DNA of 63,913 bases, the filler included, from Basidiobolus ranarum (Eukaryota): NCBI GenBank assembly GCA_040143965.1. It is 3 parts of 3 records of this genome, joined end to end, with 100 filler letters (N's around TTAATTAATTAA, not from the genome) between each part and the next. Parts side by side here need not be neighbours in the genome. Positions count along the whole stretch, not along the records: positions 21,645 to 43,124 come from JASJQH010000203.1; positions 43,225 to 63,913 come from JASJQH010000222.1; 1 more part is not named here. One strand, written 5' to 3'. The notes under the pieces are model-generated. The model was not told the origin of the DNA. It worked only from the letters and a program-made list of their open reading frames with translations, and ran no database searches. Position numbers and translations under genes: made by a program. Shown in pieces: positions 38,076-49,630 of this stretch. Numbering within the stretch: position 1 is the first letter of the stretch; the number at the start of each line of letters is the position of its first letter.

Positions 38076-40112
38076 TTAAAATGGTTGGGCAATGAGATGT
38101 GGAACAGGTTTGTTTTCGTAGTATTTAATGGTTTTCTGCGCCTTCTCCGAAATATTGGATGGTGTGAAACCGAAACGTTCATATAGTTGTTCGTATGGTG
38201 CGGATGAACCAAAGCCCTTCATTCCTATGCTTGCATGTGCGTAGCGAGACCATCCAAAAGTACTCATGGCCTCCACACTAAGAACTGGGATACCTTCTGG
38301 GAATACCGACTCCTTGTAGGCCTGCTTTTGCTCTTCAAACAACTCCATCGAAGGCATCGATACCACTCTGGTTTTAACCCCCTTCTTCTCCAATTCTTTA
38401 GCTGCATCTACCACAATAGATACCTCTGAGCCAGTGGCAACCAGAATGATTTGTGGTTTGTCGGCCCCTTGTAAGACATAACCACCCTTGAGTACATTCT
38501 CAACCGATGAACCTTCTAGTTGAGGTAAATTCTGACGTGTTAACGCAATAACACTAGGACGCTTATTATTCCTAAGTGCAACCAAGTAAGCACCTGAGAC
38601 TTCATTACCATCCGCAGGTCTGAGAACTAAGGTGTTGGGTGTGGCACGGAGAGTGGCCAAGGTTTCGATAGGCTGATGGGTAGGCCCATCCTCACCCAGG
38701 CCAATAGAGTCGTGAGTCATGATATAAATGATTCGTAGATGTGAAAGTGCAGATAAGCGAGAGGCACCAACCGCATACGAAATGAAGTTAAGGAATGTGG
38801 ATGCAAAAGGTATCAAGGAACCATAAGCAGCAATTCCATTGGAAATGGCGGCCATACCATGTTCACGGACACCATAACGAATGTAACGACCAGAATAATC
38901 ACCCAAGCCAGTGCTTTTAGGTTGGAAGTCAACTGCAGTTTTCCATCTGGTGAGATTAGAATGGGTAAGATCGGCAGAACCACCCACTAGCTCAGGCACC
39001 TTGTCGGCAATAGCATTCAAAAGGGTTTCCGATAATTTTCTAGTAGCAATGGCCGCATCTGAAGGCTTATAACGAGGAAGTGCCTCTTCCCAGCCAGATG
39101 GAAGTTCTCCTGCAAAGCGACGCTTGAATTCTTTAGCAAGATCTGGATATTTCTCACTATACTTCTTGAAAGTTTCATTCCATTCCTTTTCATAAACGGC
39201 ACCTTGCTTCTTAACCTGGTCATAGAACTCATATACGTCATCGGACACGAAGAACTTTTTATCTCCATCAAGTCCAAATTTGTTCTTGATGGAGACAATA
39301 TCATCGCTCTTGAGAGGAGCACCATGGACTTTCTCAGTACCTTCGAGAAGAGATCCATAACCGATAGTGGTTTTTATCTTAATGATACTGGGCTTATCGG
39401 TGACTTTCTTCGCTTCAGCAATAGCCTTAACAATACTTTCGATATCCGTGTCACCATCGCCCACAGAAAGAGTATGCCATCCGTAAGCTTCATAACGCTT
39501 GAGGACATCTTCAGTGAAGCTGAGATCGGTGCTGCCATCAATTTGGATTTGGTTATCGTCATAGAGGGCAATAAGTTTACCAAGTTTAAGATGACCAGCC
39601 AAGGAAGCAGTTTCAGAAGCCACACCTTCTTGAAGACAACCATCGCCTAAGATGGAGAAAGTGTAGTTGTCGATGATTTTGAAATCATCCTTGTTGAAAG
39701 TGGCTTCCATATGGGCTTCAGCAAGAGCGAGTCCAACAGCGTTGGAAATACCTTGGCCCAAGGGACCAGTGGTTACCTCGATACCATCGGTCATATAGTT
39801 CTCCGGATGACCAGGGCAGATACTGTCCAACTGGCGGAAAGTCTTTAGATCCTCCATGGTCACCTTGTAACCCAGAAGATGAAGGAGAACGTATTGAAGG
39901 GCACAAGCGTGACCATTAGACAGAATAAACCGATCTCTATTAGGCCATGCGGGATTTTCGGGGTTGAACTTCATATATTTTGTAAACAGCACATGGGCCA
40001 TAGGAGCACACCCCATGGGCGCGCCAGGATGTCCTGAGTTGGCTTTGAAAACTACATCAGCAGCGAGAGTACGGATGGTGTTGATACAACGAATGTCTTT
40101 CGAGTCGCTCAT
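38076..40112 (-). CDS. TKL1: Transketolase
   Basis: SGHPGAPMG, RDRFILSNGH, GDGCLQEG (TPP-binding), GVREHGM, THDSIGLGEDGPTHQP. Intronless, ATG at 40112. Confidence 0.98.
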   Translation of the reverse strand: MSDSKDIRCINTIRTLAADVVFKANSGHPGAPMGCAPMAHVLFTKYMKFNPENPAWPNRDRFILSNGHACALQYVLLHLLGYKVTMEDLKTFRQLDSICPGHPENYMTDGIEVTTGPLGQGISNAVGLALAEAHMEATFNKDDFKIIDNYTFSILGDGCLQEGVASETASLAGHLKLGKLIALYDDNQIQIDGSTDLSFTEDVLKRYEAYGWHTLSVGDGDTDIESIVKAIAEAKKVTDKPSIIKIKTTIGYGSLLEGTEKVHGAPLKSDDIVSIKNKFGLDGDKKFFVSDDVYEFYDQVKKQGAVYEKEWNETFKKYSEKYPDLAKEFKRRFAGELPSGWEEALPRYKPSDAAIATRKLSETLLNAIADKVPELVGGSADLTHSNLTRWKTAVDFQPKSTGLGDYSGRYIRYGVREHGMAAISNGIAAYGSLIPFASTFLNFISYAVGASRLSALSHLRIIYIMTHDSIGLGEDGPTHQPIETLATLRATPNTLVLRPADGNEVSGAYLVALRNNKRPSVIALTRQNLPQLEGSSVENVLKGGYVLQGADKPQIILVATGSEVSIVVDAAKELEKKGVKTRVVSMPSMELFEEQKQAYKESVFPEGIPVLSVEAMSTFGWSRYAHASIGMKGFGSSAPYEQLYERFGFTPSNISEKAQKTIKYYENKPVPHLIAQPF

Positions 40113-40366
40113 GTTTAAATTGCACGAATAGGGGCGGGACAGCAATAGAAAATGCAAATTTCACAATGCCTCTTGAATGGCCTTATATAGGGGATGATGA
40201 ATGAATGTCTCAGAATTTTATCTCAGACTAGCTTACGAAGATACGTCTTCATAATGGCATTTCATTGACATACCATTTCTTTCTACCTTCACCAATGAGG
40301 TGTCATAGCGATTGGGTGACGAATTATGGCTATTATGGCTATTTTAAACGACTAGTTGGGGAGCAT

Positions 40367-40454
40367 AATGATCGTATTGAGCTTTAGTGTCCATTTATTG
40401 GCAATGATCGTATTGAGCTTTGGTGTCCATTTATTGGTAATGATCGTATTGAGC
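40367..40454. repeat. 36-bp tandem repeat, about 2.4 copies
   Basis: AATGATCGTATTGAGCTTT(A/G)GTGTCCATTTATTGG(C/T) repeated in the divergent TKL1/14-3-3 intergenic region. Confidence 0.9.
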
Positions 40455-41072
40455 GAGCTGGGCAATTATGGTGATTCTGAATGGTTCAGCCCAGACGAAA
40501 AAGAGGCTTTGAGGTTAATGCATTAGAGCATATAAAAAAGTCTCTTCATGTGAAGATATTCTCTAACAGCACCAAAGTCAAGTCAACTATGATTCTATCC
40601 GAACGCTGCTATGACCTTGACTTTGGCCACGACTTTAATCGTGACTACCAATTAAAGTGGCTTGGCTCATTACTTAGCTAGGGGTACAAGAAAGATAGCA
40701 GTAACCCTTGCAATAGTTAAGATGATTGAGTCATAGCATACAGTGTAGGTACAAATCTCTAGAGAATTGGACGGATTCATGTGACCGCTATAGGGGAATC
40801 TGTTGTAATTGGTTTAAATGACTGACCACTGTACTTGAAGGCACTGCGAATTATTAAATTTGGATGCGTATATCCTAGAAAATACGTGTATATTGACACT
40901 GATGGATATAATGGTGACGACACCGTCTAATCCAGGGTTTATTGGGGGATTCTAATTCGTCATAAGTGACCTTCTTTTCCCTAGTTACTCCTATTGCCTT
41001 CCTTATTGCTGCTCTGTTCAAGTTTCTTTACCTCACCTTCACTACTACCGAATTAATCCCTAGAAAAACAGA

Positions 41073-42076
41073 ATGGAACTATCCAAAGCCGATCAAGTTT
41101 ACATGGCTAAGCTCGCTGAGCAGGCTGAGCGGTATGATGGTAATATACACTTACAATATTTGAGTAATTCATATTTTCGACCATAGTTTTATTTACTTTG
41201 TATTTCTTTTAAAAGAAATGGTCTCTCATATGAAGAAAGTTGCTGCTCTTGGAGAAGAACTCACGGTTGAAGAGAGAAATCTTTTATCTGTGGCTTACAA
41301 AAATGTTATTGGCGCTCGTCGTGCCTCATGGCGTATCGTTTCCTCTATTGAACAAAAAGAAGAGAGTAAAGGAAACGACGCTCAATATACTAAAGTACGA
41401 GCTTACAGAAACAAGATTGAACTTGAGCTTAGTGATATTTGCCATGATGTTCTGAAGGTTCTGGATGACCACCTTGTTCCCAAGGCTGTCAATGGCGAGT
41501 CTAAAGTATTTTATTTGAAGATGTAAGTTATTTATTGACTAATTTAGCGTCGAAATGGTACGATTAACATGTAATTTTCACGGAAATTCAGGAAAGGTGA
41601 CTATTATCGCTATCTTTCTGAGTTCGCAGCAGAGGATAAGCGCAAAGAGACTGCTGACCAATCTTTAGAAGCCTACAAGGCTGCTAGTGATGTGGCTGTA
41701 ACTGATTTAGCCCCTACTCATCCTATTCGTCTTGGCCTTGCCCTTAACTTCTCAGTTTTCTACTATGAAATTCTCAACTCCCCTGATCGTGCCTGCCACT
41801 TGGCCAAGCAGGCGTTTGATGATGCCATCGCTGAGTTGGACACCCTGAGTGAGGAAAGCTACAAGGATAGTACGCTTATTATGCAGCTCTTGAGAGATAA
41901 TCTTACTCTTTGGAGTTCGGACATCCAAGACTCTGGTAAGTAAATTAAAGATATCTACTATGTTTCAAGAGAAGACATGATAATAAATTTCTAACATTCT
42001 AGAAAAAGCAGACGAGAAGTCGAAGGAAGATGAAGAGGCTAAAGAGGATGAGGAGAAAGCCGAGGAGGATATCTAA
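41073..42076 (+). CDS. 14-3-3 protein
   Basis: [71 protein letters not shown]. Four exons. Confidence 0.98.
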
Positions 42077-42698
42077 GAAACAATGTTGATGTAGTAAAGA
42101 AACTAAATCTTACAGTTTGTCTTTGCCCAACCTATGTTCTTCACTCATTGTGACTTGCAATATACATCCATACAAAGACCAATATTCCCTTTTCTGCACT
42201 TTTATTTTCTACAATGATAGGATTCTTCGTAATTTTCTTTATGCCAGCGGTTTTTATAAAGACTTCTAATTATCCAATTACCTTAACAAATCATTTTCCA
42301 ATTAAAACCAGATCAACACCATTTGTGACATTTCTCAGATCACTAAACAAATTCAGTGTTGCATAGTAACTGATTAAACTTATTTTGACACGTCGTTCGA
42401 TCAGCTGGAATATGGCTGCTGGTAAGCTCGGATTGGTAGAATCAGTCGAGAAAACACGAATAGAGTCATGACTGAGGGCAAGTAGAAATCGAGGTATCTA
42501 GGTAGACGAGATTTAATTTGAACATTTTGATCGATGTTCCGAAATAAGGTTACATTCGAATAAATCTAGGTTACATTCCATTGGAGTAAGGAATTCTATC
42601 TACAAAGGGTCAATATATATGCACAAATATATATCGAAGAAACTATTAAAAGAGCGGGATGGTCCCACTTTCCAACCATTATCTTCTCTACCTTTGCC

Positions 42699-43046
42699 AT
42701 GTTCTCTTTGTCCAAATATCTCACTGTCATCACTCTCATTTTGGCTCCCTTGGTAGTCCGTGGATTGGACATCCCTAACGTTCCCGATTGTAACATTTGC
42801 TTCAGTGTTCTGCCCGAGGGTTGCCGAGAGATCATGGGCAACGCCAAGACCTCTACTGCAAATGGACTTCGTGCTATGACTGAATGTATGTGTACCGATG
42901 AATACTTCACCGCCTTCAAAAGTTGCTCCGGTTGCTCTGCCAAAGCTATGGGTCACTTCACCAAGTCCGCTACCGAGGAAGATTTCAAGCAAACTCAGGA
43001 AGCGTGCAAGATGCTCTTGGAACATTTGAAAAAGCAAAAGCAATAG
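42699..43046 (+). CDS. Small secreted 8-cysteine protein (CFEM-like spacing)
   Basis: Hydrophobic signal peptide, 115 aa, Cys pattern PxC-x2-C-x7-C-x20-CxC-x10-C-x2-C-x23-C. Confidence 0.7.
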   Translation: MFSLSKYLTVITLILAPLVVRGLDIPNVPDCNICFSVLPEGCREIMGNAKTSTANGLRAMTECMCTDEYFTAFKSCSGCSAKAMGHFTKSATEEDFKQTQEACKMLLEHLKKQKQ

Positions 43047-43124
43047 GTGGATCTGACTGGATTAGATTTTCGTTTTTTTCCTTGACCCTTCCCTCTCCCC
43101 TCCCCCTCCCCCTCCCCTTCACTC

Positions 43125-43224
43125 NNNNNNNNNNNNNNNNNNNNNNNNNNNNNNNNNNNNNNNNNNNNTTAATTAATTAANNNNNNNNNNNNNNNNNNNN
43201 NNNNNNNNNNNNNNNNNNNNNNNN
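43125..43224. other. Assembly gap with TTAATTAATTAA filler
   Basis: N run. It must hide the 5' part of the chitin synthase gene. Confidence 0.95.
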
Positions 43225-44984
43225 CCGTACACGTTCCTCCGACCCCGCCACCCGTTACCTTTCAGCCATTCAACTTTCCTCTAGCTCACACCATCATGTT
43301 GGTCACATGCTATTCTGAAGGAGAACAAGGACTACGAACCACACTTGATTCACTTACCTTGACGGACTATCCTTCTTCCCATAAACTGATCTTGGTAATT
43401 GCTGATGGAGTAATTACTGGGTATGGAAATGACAAGTCTACACCTGAAATCTGTCTATCCATGATGAAGGATTTCGTTATTGCACCAGAGTTGGTTCAAC
43501 CCATGTCTTATATTGCTATAGCCGACGGAACTAAGAGGCACAATATGTCGAAGATCTACGCAGGATATTATAAATTTGACGAAACCACAGTACCCGCTGA
43601 GAGACAACCTCGAGTTCCTATGATTTTAATATCGAAATGTGGAAATCAAGAGGAAGCAAATCTTCCGAAGCCAGGCAACCGCGGTAAACGTGACAGTCAG
43701 ATCATTCTCATGTCTTTCCTACAACACGTTATGTTCGATGAACGAATGACCGAAATGGAGTATGAGCTTTTCAATGCGATATGGGGTGTTACTGGAGTTA
43801 GTCCTGACAATTTTGAGATTGTCTTGATGGTTGATGCTGATACGAAAGTATACCCAGATTCTGTCACCCGAATGGTCTCCTGTATGGTTAGAGATCCGCA
43901 AATCATGGGCTTGTGTGGCGAGACTAAGATTGCAACCAACCGGGAGTCTTGGGTCACCATGATTCAAGTATTCGAATATTACATATCTCATCATTTGAGC
44001 AAAGCCTTTGAATCGGTATTTGGCGGTGTTACCTGCTTACCCGGATGCTTTTGCATGTACCGCATCAAAGCTCCTAAAGGAACGAGCGGACTCTGGGTCC
44101 CCGTACTAGCAAGTCCAGATATTGTAGAACATTATTCCGAAAATGTAGTCGACACACTTCACAAAAAGAATCTATTATTACTAGGAGAAGATCGATTCCT
44201 TACCACTCTAATGTTACGCACTTTTCCGAAACGAAAGATGATCTTTGTACCACAAGCCGTATGTAAAACGGTAGTACCCGATACTTTTAGTATATTATTA
44301 TCGCAACGTCGTCGATGGATCAACTCCACTGTTCATAATCTACTAGAATTGGTCCTTATTAGAGATCTTTGTGGAACCTTTTGCTTCTCTATGCAATTTG
44401 TGGTATTTTTGGAACTCTTAGGGACGGTGGTTCTTCCAGCAGCCATATGCTTCACTCTATATCTGATTATTGTCTCATTTCTTACCACACCAGCACCAAT
44501 CATTCCATTGATCCTTTTAGCGGTGATATTAGGACTGCCAGCTATTTTAATTCTCATGACCACACGTAAAGTGGTCTACGTTGGCTGGATGTTGATATAT
44601 CTCTTATCCTTATTTGTTTGGAACTTTTTACTTCCGGTGTATGCGTTCTGGCATTTTGACGATTTTAGTTGGGGACAAACTCGTCAAGTGGAGGGGGAGA
44701 AAGAAGGAGAAGGGGGACATGGTGAGAAAGAGGGAGAATTTGATGCAAGTCGTATCACTATGAAGAAATGGTCGGAATTCGAACGTAACAAACGTAGAAA
44801 GACGAATTTAGCTTTAAACAAAGTACCTGGATTGAATTTATCCAGTAGTTCGCTGGATCAATTGGGATACCATACACCCAGTCAACTTGCCAGACTATCT
44901 TCGGTAAATTTGGGTACTAATCCTAGGACAACCTTGAGCGATTCGGAAAATGAGACCTCCAGCAATGCTGAACAGCCAAGATAA
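43225..44984 (+). CDS. Class IV (Chs3-like) chitin synthase, 5' part lost in the gap
   Basis: [80 protein letters not shown]. Confidence 0.96.
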
Positions 44985-45704
44985 TTCATTCATTCATTAT
45001 CCAATAGTCAATATTTCTCCTCCCTTCCCCTTCCCCTTTCCACTCACGCAATCATAATTATCATACACATTAAGATCGTTTGTTTCAATAATTCCGATCT
45101 ATTCGATAAATAACCTCCAATTTTCTTGTATTCCCAAGATATATGAATCAAACATACAATACGTATAGAATTCTGGTAGATCAATCAAGAATTAGTGAAT
45201 TTATTCGAATAAAAGTTACATTAGCCAGATATGACTCCATGAGATGGAGAAACTCCAAGCCTAACTCGTAGGTTCTTTTTTGAGGAAACTGGGGTGAGGC
45301 GCAGAGAAGGTACTGGGTGTATTAAAGATACAACATGTTGCATATCTTTATACAGATTATCTACATTGTCAGTGGTTGAAACCTGTCAAAATATTTTCAT
45401 GAATCAATGAGTTGCTGCGAAGCCCTACTTGGGTCACTACATTTCCAGTTCGGTGGGAGGTGGATCGTTGATTTCATTAATCAAGTATATAGGAGCCATT
45501 AGATGCTAGGTAGTGCATGCCATGTTAATAAAGGATGAGTGTATAGGGAAGAGGAGTCGTCAGCTTCGAAGGTAAAGGATAATTTGGAAAATAGAAAGAA
45601 AATAGGGATAACGGTATATTCAAAAACTGTTGAGATGCTTGAAACAAACTAATGTGGACTCGTGGTGAATTCCAAGGAATAATTTAATCTCTCGTTCACA
45701 TTGA

Positions 45705-46995
45705 CTATAGAACACTGGAAGTTTCTTCAGTTCTTGATTCTCGCCTGGATTTTTTGGCCCACCGTAATCCACAGGCATTACAAAGACTATATGGGAAAAG
45801 AATGTTAGAGGATTTCGGGGAATCATCTCAATACTCATTGGTATATTTACGTTTTAGGTCCATGAGGCCCTTTACGCCATTCTGGTGAATCGGTTTTGCC
45901 ACATTCTGTACATACACGGTCGATATCATCTTCAATCTTATGTTTACGTTGCTGTGAGGAGTACGTCGTTATGGGAGGTGAGAATAGATGAAAAGAGATT
46001 CGATTAGCGGTTGTAACATTAACTTGAATATCTACGACGCTTACCTTTTTCTTACTTACACTAGCTGTGTTTGGAGTTTGGGGTAATGTTGAGCTCTCTT
46101 CTCTCTTGGACACTGAACAAGAATTTGAATTGGATGTTGACGTTGAGCTAGATGCTCCTCGATCCACCCTTCCGCCTCTAAGGTCTAAAGAATTGCGTAG
46201 ATCTTCTTCATTATAGGAATTCTCGTCAGGTAAGTTATCATCAAAATCAAGATTTAAACTAGGCTGAGGACTACTAGAATCCTCATCATCCCCTCCACGA
46301 AGTCGAGTTAATCGTTGACGTAGTACTTCATTCTCCAATTTCAACTCCAAGAGTTTATCCATACTCGCTGTAGCTTTCAATGGATAAGGGCGTGCGATGG
46401 TAAAGAAACATTTAGCTTCGGCACCTCCTTTGGTGTACGCATGTCCTTGCGCTTCCAACATAATAAATCTATCATCTTTCTTACGAAACCGATAAAATAA
46501 TTTAAACTGGTGTTCTGATAAAGACTGCTTGATATCACGTACAAAGATATCAACATCATCTACGTGAATAAAATCCACAATATTTCTTCCTATTAATTCA
46601 GGAGGAGAATAACCAACGAGGGATAAGGAAGAGGGTGAACAATACATAAAACTTCCTCCTGGGTTGATAACATAGTAAAAGTCGGGTAATTGGTCGATGA
46701 TTCGATGGGACCAATTTTTGCGTTTGGTAAACTCTAGTAGATGAGAGTTACTTATGGGATAAATACTTTTAGCTAGAGAGCTCGAAGCCTGAGAACTGGT
46801 TTTCAAATTGAGGAAAGGATTGGTGGACAAATTGTCTCGAGAAGTGGAAATATCATTAGTACTACTGTTAGGTGTGTCCTGATGAGAACCGTTATACGCA
46901 TAGCGTGAACGTACAGGAGAAACGATATTTGAGCTGTTATTGGAATTGGATGGATCACAGGAGGTGGAGTTATTTGGTGTGCTAGAGGAGTCCAT
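45705..46995 (-). CDS. wc-2: White collar-2-like PAS plus GATA zinc-finger transcription factor
   Basis: LLEFTKRKNWSHRII, PAS domain, ARPYP..MDKLLELKLENEVL, CTECGKTDSPEWRKGPHGPKT|LCNACGLRW. Introns ~45952-46044 and ~45788-45850. Stop at 45705. Confidence 0.9.
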
Positions 46996-47841
46996 ACTTT
47001 TTGGCCAAATAAACGAACTATAAGGCTTGTGGTTAAAGCAGGAAGTACGGTAGAGCGTATTCGGAGTAGAATAGCTAACAAAAAAGGATCAATGCTAGCC
47101 TAGCGGTGGTATTGAATAGTTAACGAAATAGTTGGAATATGGTTAACAGTCTCTTGCAAGAGAAGTGAGGGATGTGATATTGATCTGAATTATCGAAAAA
47201 AGTAACCAAGCGAAAAGGGGCTTAATAAATGACTTGTGAATACTCGACCAATTGAAAAACTCTATAATATTAGATCAAAAAGGATTAATTTTCCATGAGT
47301 TTTTCAGCAGCTGATATGAGGTGGTGAATGTGCGTCTAGATAATATCCCCAAAATGACCCACATTTCCACTCCCTCGTTACTATTGTCAAACAATTTTGC
47401 TGCCTCTTTCCATTAAAAGCCGACGGAAACGAAACACAGAGCAGAGATCGTAATATTCTATAGCTTTTTCCGATCTGAAGGTGGCATCGATGCTAATCAC
47501 TGAGCTTGTTGAAATCCAACTCTTTCTAGCCAATTATTCCTGATTTCACCACTTCTATTGAAGATCTGACTCGACCTGTCTTGGGAGCAATATGGGTGAG
47601 GATGAGCCAATCCGCTGATTTTCCGTTGTAAATACTGATATTTTCCAATGGAAATTGGATTATAAATCGGCATTCAGCATTAGATTCTTAAATAAGCATG
47701 GATATGGAGATTTTTATTTGGATATGATTTAAAACTAATGTGGGATAAGATTTATATATGGTGGCTATACATGTTAGTGCTTATTTAAAATAAAATATCT
47801 AAAGAATGAGGGTGCTTCAAGCTAATATTCAAATGCTCTTT

Positions 47842-49221
47842 CTATGCCCATTTACTGGCTTTTCCGTCTTCTACATCCATATTACGTGACATTGCTTGCT
47901 CCTGCTGTTGGGCAACATGGAGCATTCCACTGCGACTGATTTCTTCGCGGAGGTCTTCCTGCTTCAAGGTGATTCGATCCGAAAAATGATGATTGGTATC
48001 TCGATGTAGGGCTTCATCGGCACGAACAGCTAGAACCACATCTCGAAGGGTGGCGGACTTTTGCAAGTTCCAGTAATCCACAGCAATCTGTGGTGCGGGT
48101 TTATCTTCGATACGACCTTCATCGATCTCCTTCAAAAATCCAGTGTAGGAAATAACTGCCTCTTCCTCAAGGTATCCCACAATTCTACATGTATGAAATG
48201 TTTAATCAACTACTCAGCCTCCAAATAAAAGACCGTCTTGAACTTACCGATGGGCAGTCTTTGGTGTGAACAGATAGAACAAAAAGAAACAGTTGAAAAA
48301 TACGCCCTAAATATGATGTGGTGAGTTCGGTGTGATGATCTAGAGCAAGTATGGCTTGACAAGTACCTGAACAGCAGTCACCAGCATTCTCTCGAGGAGT
48401 GTGGGTTGGCATACTTTCATCCAAGTAAGTAAATGCATTCTGTATGGAAAGATGGTGAGACAAAGTACAAATCCGTTCATTAAATAGCTTGATTACCTTT
48501 CATTCTCGGCCTCATGAAGAAGATGTGTGATCCATCCTAAACATCCCAATTGAGTGAATTGAATTTGGTTAATTATGCAAAGCTCTCCTATTTACCTCCA
48601 TCATGCTTCATTTTACGAAGACTTCTTAAATGACGAATAACCGCTAGTAGAAATTGAATAATTAGTGATAGTTCCAGCTAGTCGGATTTCTCTCACAATG
48701 TAAGTCACTTACCACCAACCATGCCAGGCACAGCTGCCACTGTCTCAAGGGCCTAATTAAAATATTTCAGTAAGAAAGATGATCAACTAAGAATTGCCTA
48801 TAATAAGTCTACATACGACTGCTCTGTGTAAATATTTCTTTCGGAAGAAGAGATCGGCGGGGATACGCAAGGATTTAACTACCGTTAAAGCTACCTTGTC
48901 GCCAAAGGTAATAGGTTCGCGATGTTTAGTTAGACCAATATCTAACTTTTCCAAATCCGCCGAGGTAAGTTTTTGCGAAATGAAGTCGTTTCGAATTGGC
49001 TTGGGATGCACTTCGTTTAGCAGTTCTTCGGGCACCTTGAAGAAGTCGGGATTCACAACACCTTTCCTATCTTCCTTGTGCAATTGAAGATGAACCTGAC
49101 GAGTGCAGGCAGGTACCGAACGAACGAAAGAGGTACGTAGGTTGGACGAGGCTAAAATAGATGTAGGAAGGCCCACCATTGACTTGGAAGCTAAGAGCTG
49201 CGTTGCTTTGAATGCGTTCAT
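47842..49221 (-). CDS. AOX1: Mitochondrial alternative oxidase
   Basis: [46 protein letters not shown] diiron motifs. Presequence-like N-terminus. Many exons. Confidence 0.96.
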
Positions 49222-49305
49222 GATTAAACTTGATTGGTTTTGTGATGTGATGGTAGTTCAAATCTTTGTATATATAGAAGTTTAAAAATTTCTTGATGTG
49301 AGCAT

Positions 49306-49318
49306 CGGAATCAATCGG
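49306..49318. promoter_or_regulatory. CGG(N7)CGG motif (AOX induction motif-like)
   Basis: CGG-AATCAAT-CGG, 85-97 bp upstream of the AOX ATG and just upstream of a TATA-like TATATA (~49269-49276). A second match lies at 49631-49643. Confidence 0.6.
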
Positions 49319-49630
49319 AAGCTTGTACACAAACATACTTCCTATTATTCTCGTTAAACTTCAATATTTGAACAATATCGGAATAAACATCCTCCTGATG
49401 TTTCCATAAATTAGGGTTTACGTTCATATCTATCATATGTAAATAGTCAATATGTTCTGTAGATGGAAATCCATCGGAAGCTTGTACGTGGACCTACTTC
49501 CTATTATTCTCGTTGGCCTCCAATATGGAGCTAACAATATCGGAATTGACATCCTCCTGACGTTTCCACAAATTAGGGTTTACGTTCATATCTATCATAT
49601 GTAAATAGTCAATATATTCCCCAGATGAAA
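49313..49630. repeat. ~160-bp tandem duplication in the AOX promoter
   Basis: ATCGGAAGCTTGTAC...TTAGGGTTTACGTTCATATCTATCATATGTAAATAGTCAATAT occurs at ~49314-49472 and again at ~49473-49630. Confidence 0.92.
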
